Shown one piece after another: positions 1 to 8,154 of a DNA stretch of 34,218 bases; within the stretch, counting starts at the first letter, position 1, and each line of letters begins with the position of its first letter. The notes beneath the pieces are model-generated. The model had not been told where the DNA came from and did no database searches. It saw only the letters and a list, made by a program, of their open reading frames with translations. Origin of the DNA: a virus. The stretch spans positions 1 to 34,218 of IMG/VR virus record IMGVR_UViG_3300006634_000003, one strand, 5' to 3'. Position numbers and translations under genes: made by a program.

Positions 1-174
1 AAAAAAGAGTCCGACCAAAGCGTCGTAGAAGCTTTTGAAAACGCAAAGCGGACGACAAAAGAAGCTCCCAGACCTATCTCTGACAAAGGCAAGCGCTCTG
101 CAAACACCCTCTTCATGGAAGATGCAGATGATGAACCGCACAAGATACAGGGCTGGAAGCCCAATACTAAATAA
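1..174 (+). CDS. 3' end of a gene entering from upstream (possibly the portal or head-morphogenesis protein C-terminus)
   Basis: Frame +1 is open from base 1 (KKESDQSVVEAFENAKR...GWKPNTK) to TAA at 172-174. Function is guessed from position upstream of the head genes only. Confidence 0.55.
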   Translation, partial: KKESDQSVVEAFENAKRTTKEAPRPISDKGKRSANTLFMEDADDEPHKIQGWKPNTK

Positions 175-202
175 TCCTTATCCTTATAAATGAGGTAATA
201 AA

Positions 203-451
203 ATGGGTAGAATAGCAGTAATTTCAATGGTAGGAAATTCAGGTGAATACGAGGATGTTGCTATAATTGCACAAGATGATTATGGTGAATTCTCTGTTCA
301 CGGAAGAGATAAAGTTATAAAGAAGAGTCTCGAAAGAGATGTTAAGAAAGGAATCAACTTCAAAGGGCACACATGGAATAAGGACAACCTTATTGATGGG
401 GTGCTCGTCAAATATAACAGACCACCACAAATACAAGTAAGAGAGGATTAA
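203..451 (+). CDS. hypothetical protein (82 aa)
   Basis: ORF with SD-like GAGGT at 192-196; co-oriented in the head operon. Confidence 0.7.
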   Translation: MGRIAVISMVGNSGEYEDVAIIAQDDYGEFSVHGRDKVIKKSLERDVKKGINFKGHTWNKDNLIDGVLVKYNRPPQIQVRED

Positions 452-453
452 AA

Positions 454-702
454 ATGCAACTATGTACAGATGCAGGCATGAGAAGTAATGGAAAACCATT
501 TACCGGACCGGATTATACACAAGCCCCGATAGCACCTCTTCCGATTCAAAACCCATCAAGGGAAGGAAAGGAAGACCCCAATGCTGGCAGGGAGACCGGA
601 AATGTAATTGGTGGAAATGATCGCAATCTCGGTGTACGTACCCAGAAGCCCAACATGAACAGAATGATTGTGGGTACTTTGGGTATTGAACGTATAGATT
701 AA
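454..702 (+). CDS. hypothetical Pro/Gly/Asn-rich protein (82 aa)
   Basis: ORF starts 2 nt after the previous stop; no recognisable motif. Confidence 0.6.
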   Translation: MQLCTDAGMRSNGKPFTGPDYTQAPIAPLPIQNPSREGKEDPNAGRETGNVIGGNDRNLGVRTQKPNMNRMIVGTLGIERID

Positions 703-719
703 TTCACAAGGACAAGGAT

Positions 720-1265
720 ATGAGCTGGCAGGACGTAGAGCTCAAGTACATCTTGGAAATTGACGAGAAATATATCGATGCATTTCCAAAGAAGATGAAA
801 GAAGCCATAAAGATAGGTATTCGTGAAATTGCCAGATTTATCAGGGATCAGTGGAGAGAGAACGTCCATAATTTCGGACTGGAAGTGAGTGGTACAGCAT
901 ATCACTCCATCCGATTCAGAAAGATAAATGATTTCAAATATAAAATCTTTTCCGATGATACGGCTCCGTATCTCAAATATCATGAATGGGGTGCTGGTGT
1001 CAGTCATGAACCAGACCCCCATGATCCTTTCTTTCCACCACCAGATAAAATCAGGCAATGGATTGAGGCTAAAGGTGTTTATGCATATGATGCCAATGGC
1101 AGACTTATAAATTCCAAACGTCTTGCCTTCTTAATTAGTAAAAGCATATTTAAGCGAGGATTATATCCAAAACCATGTTTCAGACCTGCAGTGGCTTCAG
1201 GCGAGCGGGTTTTCCGACAATATATTAATGATGCAATAGCTGAATATTACGGGTTGAAAAAATGA
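720..1265 (+). CDS. HK97 gp10-like virion morphogenesis protein
   Basis: APYLKYHEWG and C-terminal KRGLYPKPCFRPA match the gp10-family pattern (Y..EyG ... G.kp.PF.rPA). Confidence 0.65.
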   Translation: MSWQDVELKYILEIDEKYIDAFPKKMKEAIKIGIREIARFIRDQWRENVHNFGLEVSGTAYHSIRFRKINDFKYKIFSDDTAPYLKYHEWGAGVSHEPDPHDPFFPPPDKIRQWIEAKGVYAYDANGRLINSKRLAFLISKSIFKRGLYPKPCFRPAVASGERVFRQYINDAIAEYYGLKK

Positions 1266-1585
1266 GCGCAGAACAACATACGGTAGGACAGAAAAAGACT
1301 TATTTCAAAAGACAAAAGGGTTGTCTGGGTGAGCGTGGGCTTGGTACCTGCAATGATTGTATAAAAAATTTTCCAGAAATGGCTCTGGGTTGCAAAAATA
1401 TGGGAGATTTCCTTCCTAAGAAGGACTGGAACCGTATCTTCAAGAACAGTCCACTATATAACAAGGATGTCAAACCCCGTCACGAATTATCCGAAGAATG
1501 GTATGAAGATAAACCCATGGGATATAATCGTGCTGGTAAAAAAGTAAACCGTTTTGGACTTCCAATAGGAAGGAACGGTATTTAA
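1262..1585 (+). CDS. hypothetical protein with Cys cluster (107 aa)
   Basis: ATGA overlap with the upstream gene; GCLG..GTCNDC..LGC. Confidence 0.65.
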   Translation: MSAEQHTVGQKKTYFKRQKGCLGERGLGTCNDCIKNFPEMALGCKNMGDFLPKKDWNRIFKNSPLYNKDVKPRHELSEEWYEDKPMGYNRAGKKVNRFGLPIGRNGI

Positions 1586-1650
1586 ATCTTTTCTTTTTTC
1601 AATGTTAAATTCTGATAGCTGTGATTTGTAAATGTTCACATAATTATTAA
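1586..1650 (+). terminator. T-tract terminator followed by AT-rich putative promoter for the protease-capsid operon
   Basis: TTTTCTTTTTT at about 1589-1599 just after the stop. The AT-rich spacer has no SD before ATG 1651, which suggests a leaderless transcript. Confidence 0.4.
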
Positions 1651-3249
1651 ATGCTCAATGTCGATGAAAATACTAGAACTGTTAGTGGCTATGGTACCGT
1701 AGAGATTGTCGATAATCAGGGCGACTACGTACCCATCGATGTTGTTTTGCGCTTAATGGATACCTACATGAACAGGGGCGGTGTGCTTGTCGATACACAT
1801 ACCAACCGCCATGTAGGTAAAATTCTCCATTGGGAACCCAAAGAAAAAAATGGGAAAAATGCTGTCTGGTTACAGGCTCAAATCTTTGATGATTATTCAA
1901 TCGATGATATGATTTGGGATGCTATAAAGGAAGGGCATTATACTGGATTTTCATTTGGGGGCAGGGGTTTGGACAAGCACGTAGTATGCAATGCAGAACA
2001 GGGCTGTTTCAACCATATAGACGACATGGAAATTTGGGAATGGTCAATAGTTCCCAAGCCTGCTAACAAAGAATCGACTATAGACAAATTCAATAAATTA
2101 GCAAAAGGTGATAAATTGGCAGATGCCATGATGCCAGTGTTGAACTCAAAAGGAAATATCGAATATATGGAAGTAGAACTTTTACAGAAAGCCGAAAAGG
2201 AAAGTCCTGAAGAAGAAAAAGCATACCTCGAAGAGGATGTTGATCTCGCAGAAGGTGAAGAAGCAGATTGTCCATTGAAAGAGAAAGAAAAGGCAATGGG
2301 TAATCGTGAAATGAATCCTGATTCGGACAGACCTCTTCAATATGATCGAGATGCCAAGCATTCTGAAAGGGTAAAACCCGATAGAAGGAACAGGCGTAAA
2401 TTGAGTTCAACAGAAATAAAAGACGCACGTAATGTAGCCGAAGCTGCTAATGATCCCAAGCAGAATATTGGAAAGGACGACATTCCGGAATATATGATGT
2501 CTGACGGACATAGTGAATCTAGTAAGGCAACTAAACGTGCAATTCGTTACGCTAATAAAGGAGAACAAAACATGACAGTGGATACCGTTGAAATTTTGGT
2601 ACCTATGGAAAAGTCCGATGGGACAGTTTCGTGGGAACCAGTAGTAGCAGACTACGATTACATTCAAAAAGCCGGAAACCGAATGGGTTATCATGGTTTG
2701 AAAGCGCCCAAGAATGATGGATTGCGTGAACGTGGTCCACACCCCGATGATCCGGAATCTGAAAAAGCAGGAGATGAAGTACCAGTGACACCCCCAGCAG
2801 AAGAATCCGATTCCCCGATGAATCAGATACTCAAGAAACTTGAAAGTATTGAGGGCAGGATAACCAAGCTCGAAGGTACCTCCGGACAGCCAGAGATCGA
2901 ATCTGGAGAGACAGAAAAAGCCGAAACCCCAAAGAAGGTAACGCTTCCAGAAGCCGAACAGACAAACGATACTACCCACGCAACTGACGATCATCAGATT
3001 CAGCAGGGCAAATCCAAGACCATGAACAAATCAGAAGAGCTTGCTTCCGTTGTTCAGAATGAACTGCAGAAAGCTGGATATACAGAAACACCCAGACCTG
3101 CAGCACAGTCAGACCAGCCATTCATGGACAATGATGCATCAACCATAAAGGATGTCCTTATGAAATCCGATGAAGGTGGTTTCGACATGCACAAGGCACT
3201 TGCCAACAAATCATTTGATGATCTCAACACCCTCTTTGGAGGAGAATAA
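1651..3249 (+). CDS. prohead protease (XkdF/HK97-type serine peptidase) fused to an acidic scaffold-like region
   Basis: N-domain VSGYGTVEIVDNQGD..DTHTNRHVGK..YTGFSFGG..EWSIVPKPAN is typical of caudoviral prohead proteases. It has a long acidic low-complexity C-terminus and lies directly upstream of the MCP. Confidence 0.85.
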   Translation: MLNVDENTRTVSGYGTVEIVDNQGDYVPIDVVLRLMDTYMNRGGVLVDTHTNRHVGKILHWEPKEKNGKNAVWLQAQIFDDYSIDDMIWDAIKEGHYTGFSFGGRGLDKHVVCNAEQGCFNHIDDMEIWEWSIVPKPANKESTIDKFNKLAKGDKLADAMMPVLNSKGNIEYMEVELLQKAEKESPEEEKAYLEEDVDLAEGEEADCPLKEKEKAMGNREMNPDSDRPLQYDRDAKHSERVKPDRRNRRKLSSTEIKDARNVAEAANDPKQNIGKDDIPEYMMSDGHSESSKATKRAIRYANKGEQNMTVDTVEILVPMEKSDGTVSWEPVVADYDYIQKAGNRMGYHGLKAPKNDGLRERGPHPDDPESEKAGDEVPVTPPAEESDSPMNQILKKLESIEGRITKLEGTSGQPEIESGETEKAETPKKVTLPEAEQTNDTTHATDDHQIQQGKSKTMNKSEELASVVQNELQKAGYTETPRPAAQSDQPFMDNDASTIKDVLMKSDEGGFDMHKALANKSFDDLNTLFGGE

Positions 3250-3251
3250 AC

Positions 3252-4397
3252 ATGACGTACAGAAACTCAATACAGACAATTGGAGACCTTGAATCCCTCT
3301 ACTATGGAGACCTCTTCTCCAAGCAGTACATGCAGAAAAGCGATGCGCCAATGCTTACTTCCACCTCTGGTATTTACAACCAGATTTATGGTGCAAAGGT
3401 TTGGGTAAACCTGAATCTTGAAGCCAATGCATTTGGTATGTTGAACAAGACTCCTTGGAAACAGTCCGGTTGGAGGCTTATCACAACCCGTGCTCTCGGA
3501 ACTTCTGGAAGCGGTGGAGTTGCTGAAAATGCTGCACTTCCAGATACCACAAAACCCACCTTCAAAGAGGTTGCTACCAAACCCAAGACCGTTGCACACA
3601 CCTTCGACAGTTCCGAAGTCATGCAGTACATGGGTACAGTGGACGATTCCCTTGGAGATGTCATGGGAGTTCTGCGTGAACACATGGCAAAGGAACATGC
3701 AGAACAGATCAATAAGATGCTCCTGAAAGATGCTTCTGCTGAAGCCGCAGCAGCCAGTGGAGACCGTGCTGCAGCCGACATGTACAATATCGAATCCCTT
3801 GACCGTATAGTGTCCAGTGATGCAGAAGAAGACGCATTTGGTGGAACCTATAATGGTTGGTTCGATGTATTCAGCCTTGATAGGGATTCCACAACTGACT
3901 ACGATGCACAGGTCAGCCACAACTCTGGTACAGACCGTTCCTTGTCCTTGTCCCTCATTGATAGTATGTTCACCAACCTGTGGACTGCTGGTGGAAATCC
4001 AAAGGTCATTATGACCGGATATGACTCCCTCATGGCAACCCAACAGCTCTTGCAGGCACAGCAGAGATTCATGGACACCAAGAGAGTAACACCTTCCGTA
4101 AACGGTATTAAAGGTGTAGATGGTGTAGATGCAGGATTCGTTGTTGCAACATACAATGGTGTTCCATTCATACCATCCAAAGACATGTGTCAGGATACCC
4201 TTTCAAGGATGTTCTTCCTCGATACCGACTATCTGGAAATGAGAATTGCAAAACCAACCCAGTATTTCGAGTCCGGTATCCTTTCTGGAGACCCCTTCGG
4301 AATTAACCGTCTTGGTCAGGAAGGACTTTACCGTACAATGGGTGAAGCAACCTGCCAGTGGTTTGGCGTACAGGGTAAGATCAGGGATTTGCAGTAA
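3252..4397 (+). CDS. major capsid protein (HK97 fold), magrovirus/halovirus-like
   Basis: KSDAPMLTSTSGIYNQIYGAKVWVNLNLEANAFGMLNKTPWKQSGWRLIT closely recalls archaeal head-tail virus MCPs (recalled, not searched). Size is 381 aa and it follows the protease. Confidence 0.9.
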   Translation: MTYRNSIQTIGDLESLYYGDLFSKQYMQKSDAPMLTSTSGIYNQIYGAKVWVNLNLEANAFGMLNKTPWKQSGWRLITTRALGTSGSGGVAENAALPDTTKPTFKEVATKPKTVAHTFDSSEVMQYMGTVDDSLGDVMGVLREHMAKEHAEQINKMLLKDASAEAAAASGDRAAADMYNIESLDRIVSSDAEEDAFGGTYNGWFDVFSLDRDSTTDYDAQVSHNSGTDRSLSLSLIDSMFTNLWTAGGNPKVIMTGYDSLMATQQLLQAQQRFMDTKRVTPSVNGIKGVDGVDAGFVVATYNGVPFIPSKDMCQDTLSRMFFLDTDYLEMRIAKPTQYFESGILSGDPFGINRLGQEGLYRTMGEATCQWFGVQGKIRDLQ

Positions 4398-4431
4398 TTG
4401 CATCCCCATCAATCCTTTTTGGAGGATTTAG

Positions 4432-4752
4432 ATGAACGATCCAATAGCGACTGTAAAATATATGGGCACTCTGGATGGGTTAACACATAAGAACCCAATA
4501 ACCGGAAATGTCCATAAATTTGCAGGTAAGAATGTCCCTGCGAAACTGTACGATTCTCGTGATGTCGATTATTACAAGACTAAAAATCATTTCAAGGTAA
4601 CACTTATTGAGAAAAAGGAAGAACCTGCTCCAATTTCTAAAGAAGATACCAAGGAAGACACGAAGAAGAGTGCTCAGACCAGACGTTCCAGTACAGCCCG
4701 AAAGACCAAAGCGAGCAAAACAAAAAGCTCAACGAAGGCTAAAAAGGAGTGA
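4432..4752 (+). CDS. hypothetical protein with very basic Lys/Ser/Thr-rich C-terminal tail
   Basis: SD GGAGG upstream; tail RRSSTARKTKASKTKSSTKAKKE. Confidence 0.75.
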   Translation: MNDPIATVKYMGTLDGLTHKNPITGNVHKFAGKNVPAKLYDSRDVDYYKTKNHFKVTLIEKKEEPAPISKEDTKEDTKKSAQTRRSSTARKTKASKTKSSTKAKKE

Positions 4753-4758
4753 TGACAG

Positions 4759-5025
4759 ATGGCTTTTGCATATGAGGTAACAGACAGAGGTGTATTTGGA
4801 GATAAAAAATACACCAGAGGCACTTATACCAATGCTCTCGGAGATACTGGTGGAGATATAAACACCGGACTCGGACTTTGTGAAATGCTTATACTTCAGC
4901 CCACAGGAGCGTCCGCAATTGCAACTGCACCTGTAGTAAATGAAATCCTGCCTGTAGATGGTTCTGCTGTAACTGTTGTTACTGCAGACGATGAAGATGG
5001 TATGTGGATCGCATTTGGTAACTGA
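4759..5025 (+). CDS. small putative structural (capsid decoration-like) protein
   Basis: SD GGAGTGA; Gly/Thr-rich beta-type 88 aa protein just downstream of the MCP. Confidence 0.6.
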   Translation: MAFAYEVTDRGVFGDKKYTRGTYTNALGDTGGDINTGLGLCEMLILQPTGASAIATAPVVNEILPVDGSAVTVVTADDEDGMWIAFGN

Positions 5026-5050
5026 CTAATGCGATTCTGTTATACCACAA

Positions 5051-5063
5051 TCTTTCTTTTTTT
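5051..5063 (+). terminator. archaeal-type oligo-T terminator
   Basis: TCTTTCTTTTTTT about 25 nt after the stop at 5025, in a 65-nt intergenic gap. Confidence 0.5.
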
Positions 5064-5090
5064 AGAAACTAATATGGAGAACTGATAGCA

Positions 5091-5663
5091 ATGACTATAT
5101 CACTGGTATCTGAAATTTTTACACACGAAGAACTCAAAGACGGAACTGCGGAGGCTTGGATAAACACCCAAGACCCCCAAAATATATCATCTGTAATGCA
5201 AACACAGGCTGGTAATGCTACAGTAACCCTTACCCTTGTATTTGGGGAAGGAATAGGGATAGGAGAAGCATACAACACAGCCATCAATAGTTTAAATGTT
5301 GTAGAAAATGCTCCACTTGATCAGCAGCCACTTGATGAGACACCTCTGAATGCAGTAACTACTGCCCAAACATCTACATATACAACTGTTCTTGATAAGC
5401 AGAGACTTACAGTGATTGTGAATGTTACATCCGGTACAACTGGTGGAACAATTACATTGAAGACCAAGAACAGTGCTGGAATAGCAATTAATGTACCTTT
5501 CATTGACACTGCTGATGATTCAATAAATACATCAAAAGTATGTACTACTGGTTCTTATATACTCAAACTTCCAGCAGATATCACTCTCAAAGACCTTGCA
5601 GTAGATTTGAGTTCTGTTACAGATGGTACATTTACAGTTGATATCCTTGGAGGTGCTCTGTAA
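5091..5663 (+). CDS. hypothetical structural protein (Thr-rich beta protein, 190 aa)
   Basis: SD GGAGA; Thr/Val-rich composition in the virion module. Confidence 0.65.
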   Translation: MTISLVSEIFTHEELKDGTAEAWINTQDPQNISSVMQTQAGNATVTLTLVFGEGIGIGEAYNTAINSLNVVENAPLDQQPLDETPLNAVTTAQTSTYTTVLDKQRLTVIVNVTSGTTGGTITLKTKNSAGIAINVPFIDTADDSINTSKVCTTGSYILKLPADITLKDLAVDLSSVTDGTFTVDILGGAL

Positions 5664-6043
5664 TGACACTTGATATAATAAAACCTGTACCAAAAACTGA
5701 ACAACCAGACATTTCTGGAATTGATTTAGGTGTAATCATAGCAGAAGGTGTAAATTCTGGCGATATTAAAGATTTGCATTCATGCGTGGAATTTGTAAAC
5801 AGTAAAATTGACCCTGATATTGGTGGTAATGAAGTTCAGGGAACATTCAAAAAAGTTGTTAAAGAAGCCAAAGATATGAGTAGTAAAGCCGATAGTATGG
5901 CAAGAAATGGTGCTACTGTTACTGAAATGGCTGCTGAAATCACTGGTGACTATTTCACATTTGACGACATCAAACAAATGAAAATCGAAGTGTATGGAAC
6001 TGTAACTGAATGGAAAAACGCAATGACAACAGATGAGGTATGA
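5663..6043 (+). CDS. hypothetical protein (126 aa)
   Basis: TAATG overlap; SD GGAGGTG. Confidence 0.7.
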   Translation: MTLDIIKPVPKTEQPDISGIDLGVIIAEGVNSGDIKDLHSCVEFVNSKIDPDIGGNEVQGTFKKVVKEAKDMSSKADSMARNGATVTEMAAEITGDYFTFDDIKQMKIEVYGTVTEWKNAMTTDEV

Positions 6044-6049
6044 TAGCCT

Positions 6050-6697
6050 ATGCCTCGTCTTACGCTTCCAAGTGAAAGTTGTTGTTTTAGATTAGATTCA
6101 GACTATGGATATCGACAGCAGTTCCCGATGACATTCAATGATGTTGGATTAAGTGATGATGGGTTTGAGTTTAATGGGAGTAGTAGTGAAATAACTACTA
6201 TATCGGGAGAATCGGTTGTTGGAAAAAGAATAGTATCTGAATTTTCAATTATAACAAAAATAAACCCAATTGAACAGCCACGTGGTCAACATGATTACAA
6301 TTGCGTAATATTTGATTTACGTAAGAATATGACTAATAGTGTTCCAGATTCTTTTAATGAAATTGCATTGTATATACGGTATGAAGATATGTATGTTAGA
6401 TGTTGTGATGAATATATACCAGTGTCAGAATCATATCCGATTTCTGAAATTGAAATAGCAATAACTGTAAAAAATAACTTATGTAGTATATACAAAAATG
6501 GCAATTTATTTATTGAGAAAACAATCAACAATGATTGGCTAATAGACTCAACAGTATTCTACATTGGTAGAGTGGGTGCGGACATAGATAAATTAAATTT
6601 CATGGGTTCTATGCGGTTTTTGGATATGTACAATCGTGCATTAACACCACAAGAAATATTTGACAAGTATCAGCGTAGCACCTTCCTACTGGAGTGA
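6050..6697 (+). CDS. LamG/concanavalin A-like domain protein 1
   Basis: FEFNG..FSIITKINP..IYKNG..FYIGR..FMGSMRFLDMYNRALTPQEI. Confidence 0.8.
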   Translation: MPRLTLPSESCCFRLDSDYGYRQQFPMTFNDVGLSDDGFEFNGSSSEITTISGESVVGKRIVSEFSIITKINPIEQPRGQHDYNCVIFDLRKNMTNSVPDSFNEIALYIRYEDMYVRCCDEYIPVSESYPISEIEIAITVKNNLCSIYKNGNLFIEKTINNDWLIDSTVFYIGRVGADIDKLNFMGSMRFLDMYNRALTPQEIFDKYQRSTFLLE

Positions 6698-6703
6698 TTA
6701 AGG

Positions 6704-7351
6704 ATGTCTAAAATAACACCTTATGCCCACATTAAATGCAACGGTAACGCAAACGACATTAGTGGCAATGATAATCACGGTACAGTTTACGGTGCGTCAT
6801 TAACTGATGATAGATTTGGTCATCCTAATTCTGCTTACAATTTCGATGGTACAGATGATTACATAGAGTTACCACACGTATTATCTGGGGCTAACAGGTT
6901 TACTATTGTATGTTGGGTTAAAACAACACAACAGACAAGCGGCAGTTTTCGATACACTGACCCTGTAATATTGGGTACTGGACAGTTGACTGGTATCAGT
7001 GCAGATTTCCTGATAACAAATTATAATGGTAATTTTGCATGGTTAGATGAGTTTTACACATCGAGAGTATCACATGACACAGGTGAATTCATTGCTGACG
7101 GAATGTGGCATCAATTAATCGTTGTCAGAAATGGTGAAAATCTTTACTTCTATCTTGACGGTGTTAATGTAGGCGAAAATAGTACTGGTTCAAATACAGT
7201 TAGAGACAGTCCAATATATTTAGGACACTCGGATGGTACGTTATACTACGATGGTATGATTGATGACGTAAGAATTTACAACCAACCACTTACACCGACA
7301 CAGGTTGATTACATTTACACAATGACTAAACGGAAATATGGGAGAAGATGA
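6704..7351 (+). CDS. LamG/concanavalin A-like domain protein 2
   Basis: GNANDISGNDNHG..DRFGHPNSAYNFDG..WHQLIVV..YLDG..GMIDDVRIYNQPLT. Confidence 0.9.
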   Translation: MSKITPYAHIKCNGNANDISGNDNHGTVYGASLTDDRFGHPNSAYNFDGTDDYIELPHVLSGANRFTIVCWVKTTQQTSGSFRYTDPVILGTGQLTGISADFLITNYNGNFAWLDEFYTSRVSHDTGEFIADGMWHQLIVVRNGENLYFYLDGVNVGENSTGSNTVRDSPIYLGHSDGTLYYDGMIDDVRIYNQPLTPTQVDYIYTMTKRKYGRR

Positions 7352-7388
7352 TAATAATGATTAAAATTAATTACGGAGTTGTTGCGTA

Positions 7389-8150
7389 ATGGCACGTTCA
7401 CTCGAAGAATTACGTGAATATCTCGTTGGGGAATGGAATTTCAACTTAAACTTCCTCGACAGTAGCGGGAATGAAAATCATGGAGTTCCTACGGATATTG
7501 AATGGAAACCGACAGCAAGAGGACTGAAACCGTATTTTAGTAGTGGAAGATTTGTTAACTGTGGAAAAACAACCGTTCCAGATACATTTACAATACACAT
7601 GATTGTTAATTTTATGAGTAAGGAACATGCTGAAACTATTGTACATATAAACAATACGCTATGGATTGCATCACGTATTACTGGACACGACATGTATTTC
7701 CAGTTATTTGATAATGATGGCAATGTAGTTGTTGATGAAGGATACGTAAGTATGTATCCAATCGGAAATTATAAAGATAAAACAATTTCGTTCACAGTAA
7801 GTGTTGGTAACAATGAAATGGATTTGTATCTCGATGGTAAACACAAACATACAATCAATATAACAGGTGATATAAACCCAAATGAAAATGATTTTTATAT
7901 AGGCAGAAGGCAAAATTCAACATATTGGCATAACGGTTTTATACATCATGTTTCGTATTATAAAAATGTAAAATTCACCGATGATGAAGTCCTTGCACTC
8001 TACAACGAAACCAAAAACGCTGTCGGTGTCCGACCTGCCGAAAGAAGTTTCACTCACCGCCTGCAACCTGACGTAGATGACAACACCGTGTTTGCTACTG
8101 ATATGAGTACCAAGAACAGCGATGGTACACTCATGGATTTAAGTTGGTGA
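7389..8150 (+). CDS. LamG-like domain protein 3; ends in the first strands of a second LamG domain
   Basis: LVGEWNF..DSSGNENHG..LYLDG..FYIGRR..GFIHHVSYY; C-terminus TLMDLSW*. Confidence 0.8.
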   Translation: MARSLEELREYLVGEWNFNLNFLDSSGNENHGVPTDIEWKPTARGLKPYFSSGRFVNCGKTTVPDTFTIHMIVNFMSKEHAETIVHINNTLWIASRITGHDMYFQLFDNDGNVVVDEGYVSMYPIGNYKDKTISFTVSVGNNEMDLYLDGKHKHTINITGDINPNENDFYIGRRQNSTYWHNGFIHHVSYYKNVKFTDDEVLALYNETKNAVGVRPAERSFTHRLQPDVDDNTVFATDMSTKNSDGTLMDLSW

Positions 8151-8154
8151 TATA

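Noticed and set aside
184-190. TTATAAA as the TATA box of the 203 gene
   Set aside because: It is only about 13 nt from the ATG and abuts the SD, too close for canonical archaeal spacing of about -26 from the TSS.
3267-4412. Long antisense ORFs such as 3267-4043(-), 9659-10315(-), 30944-31690(+) and 32180-32791(+)
   Set aside because: They are shadows of well-supported genes on the opposite strand, have no SD or motifs, and break operon polarity.
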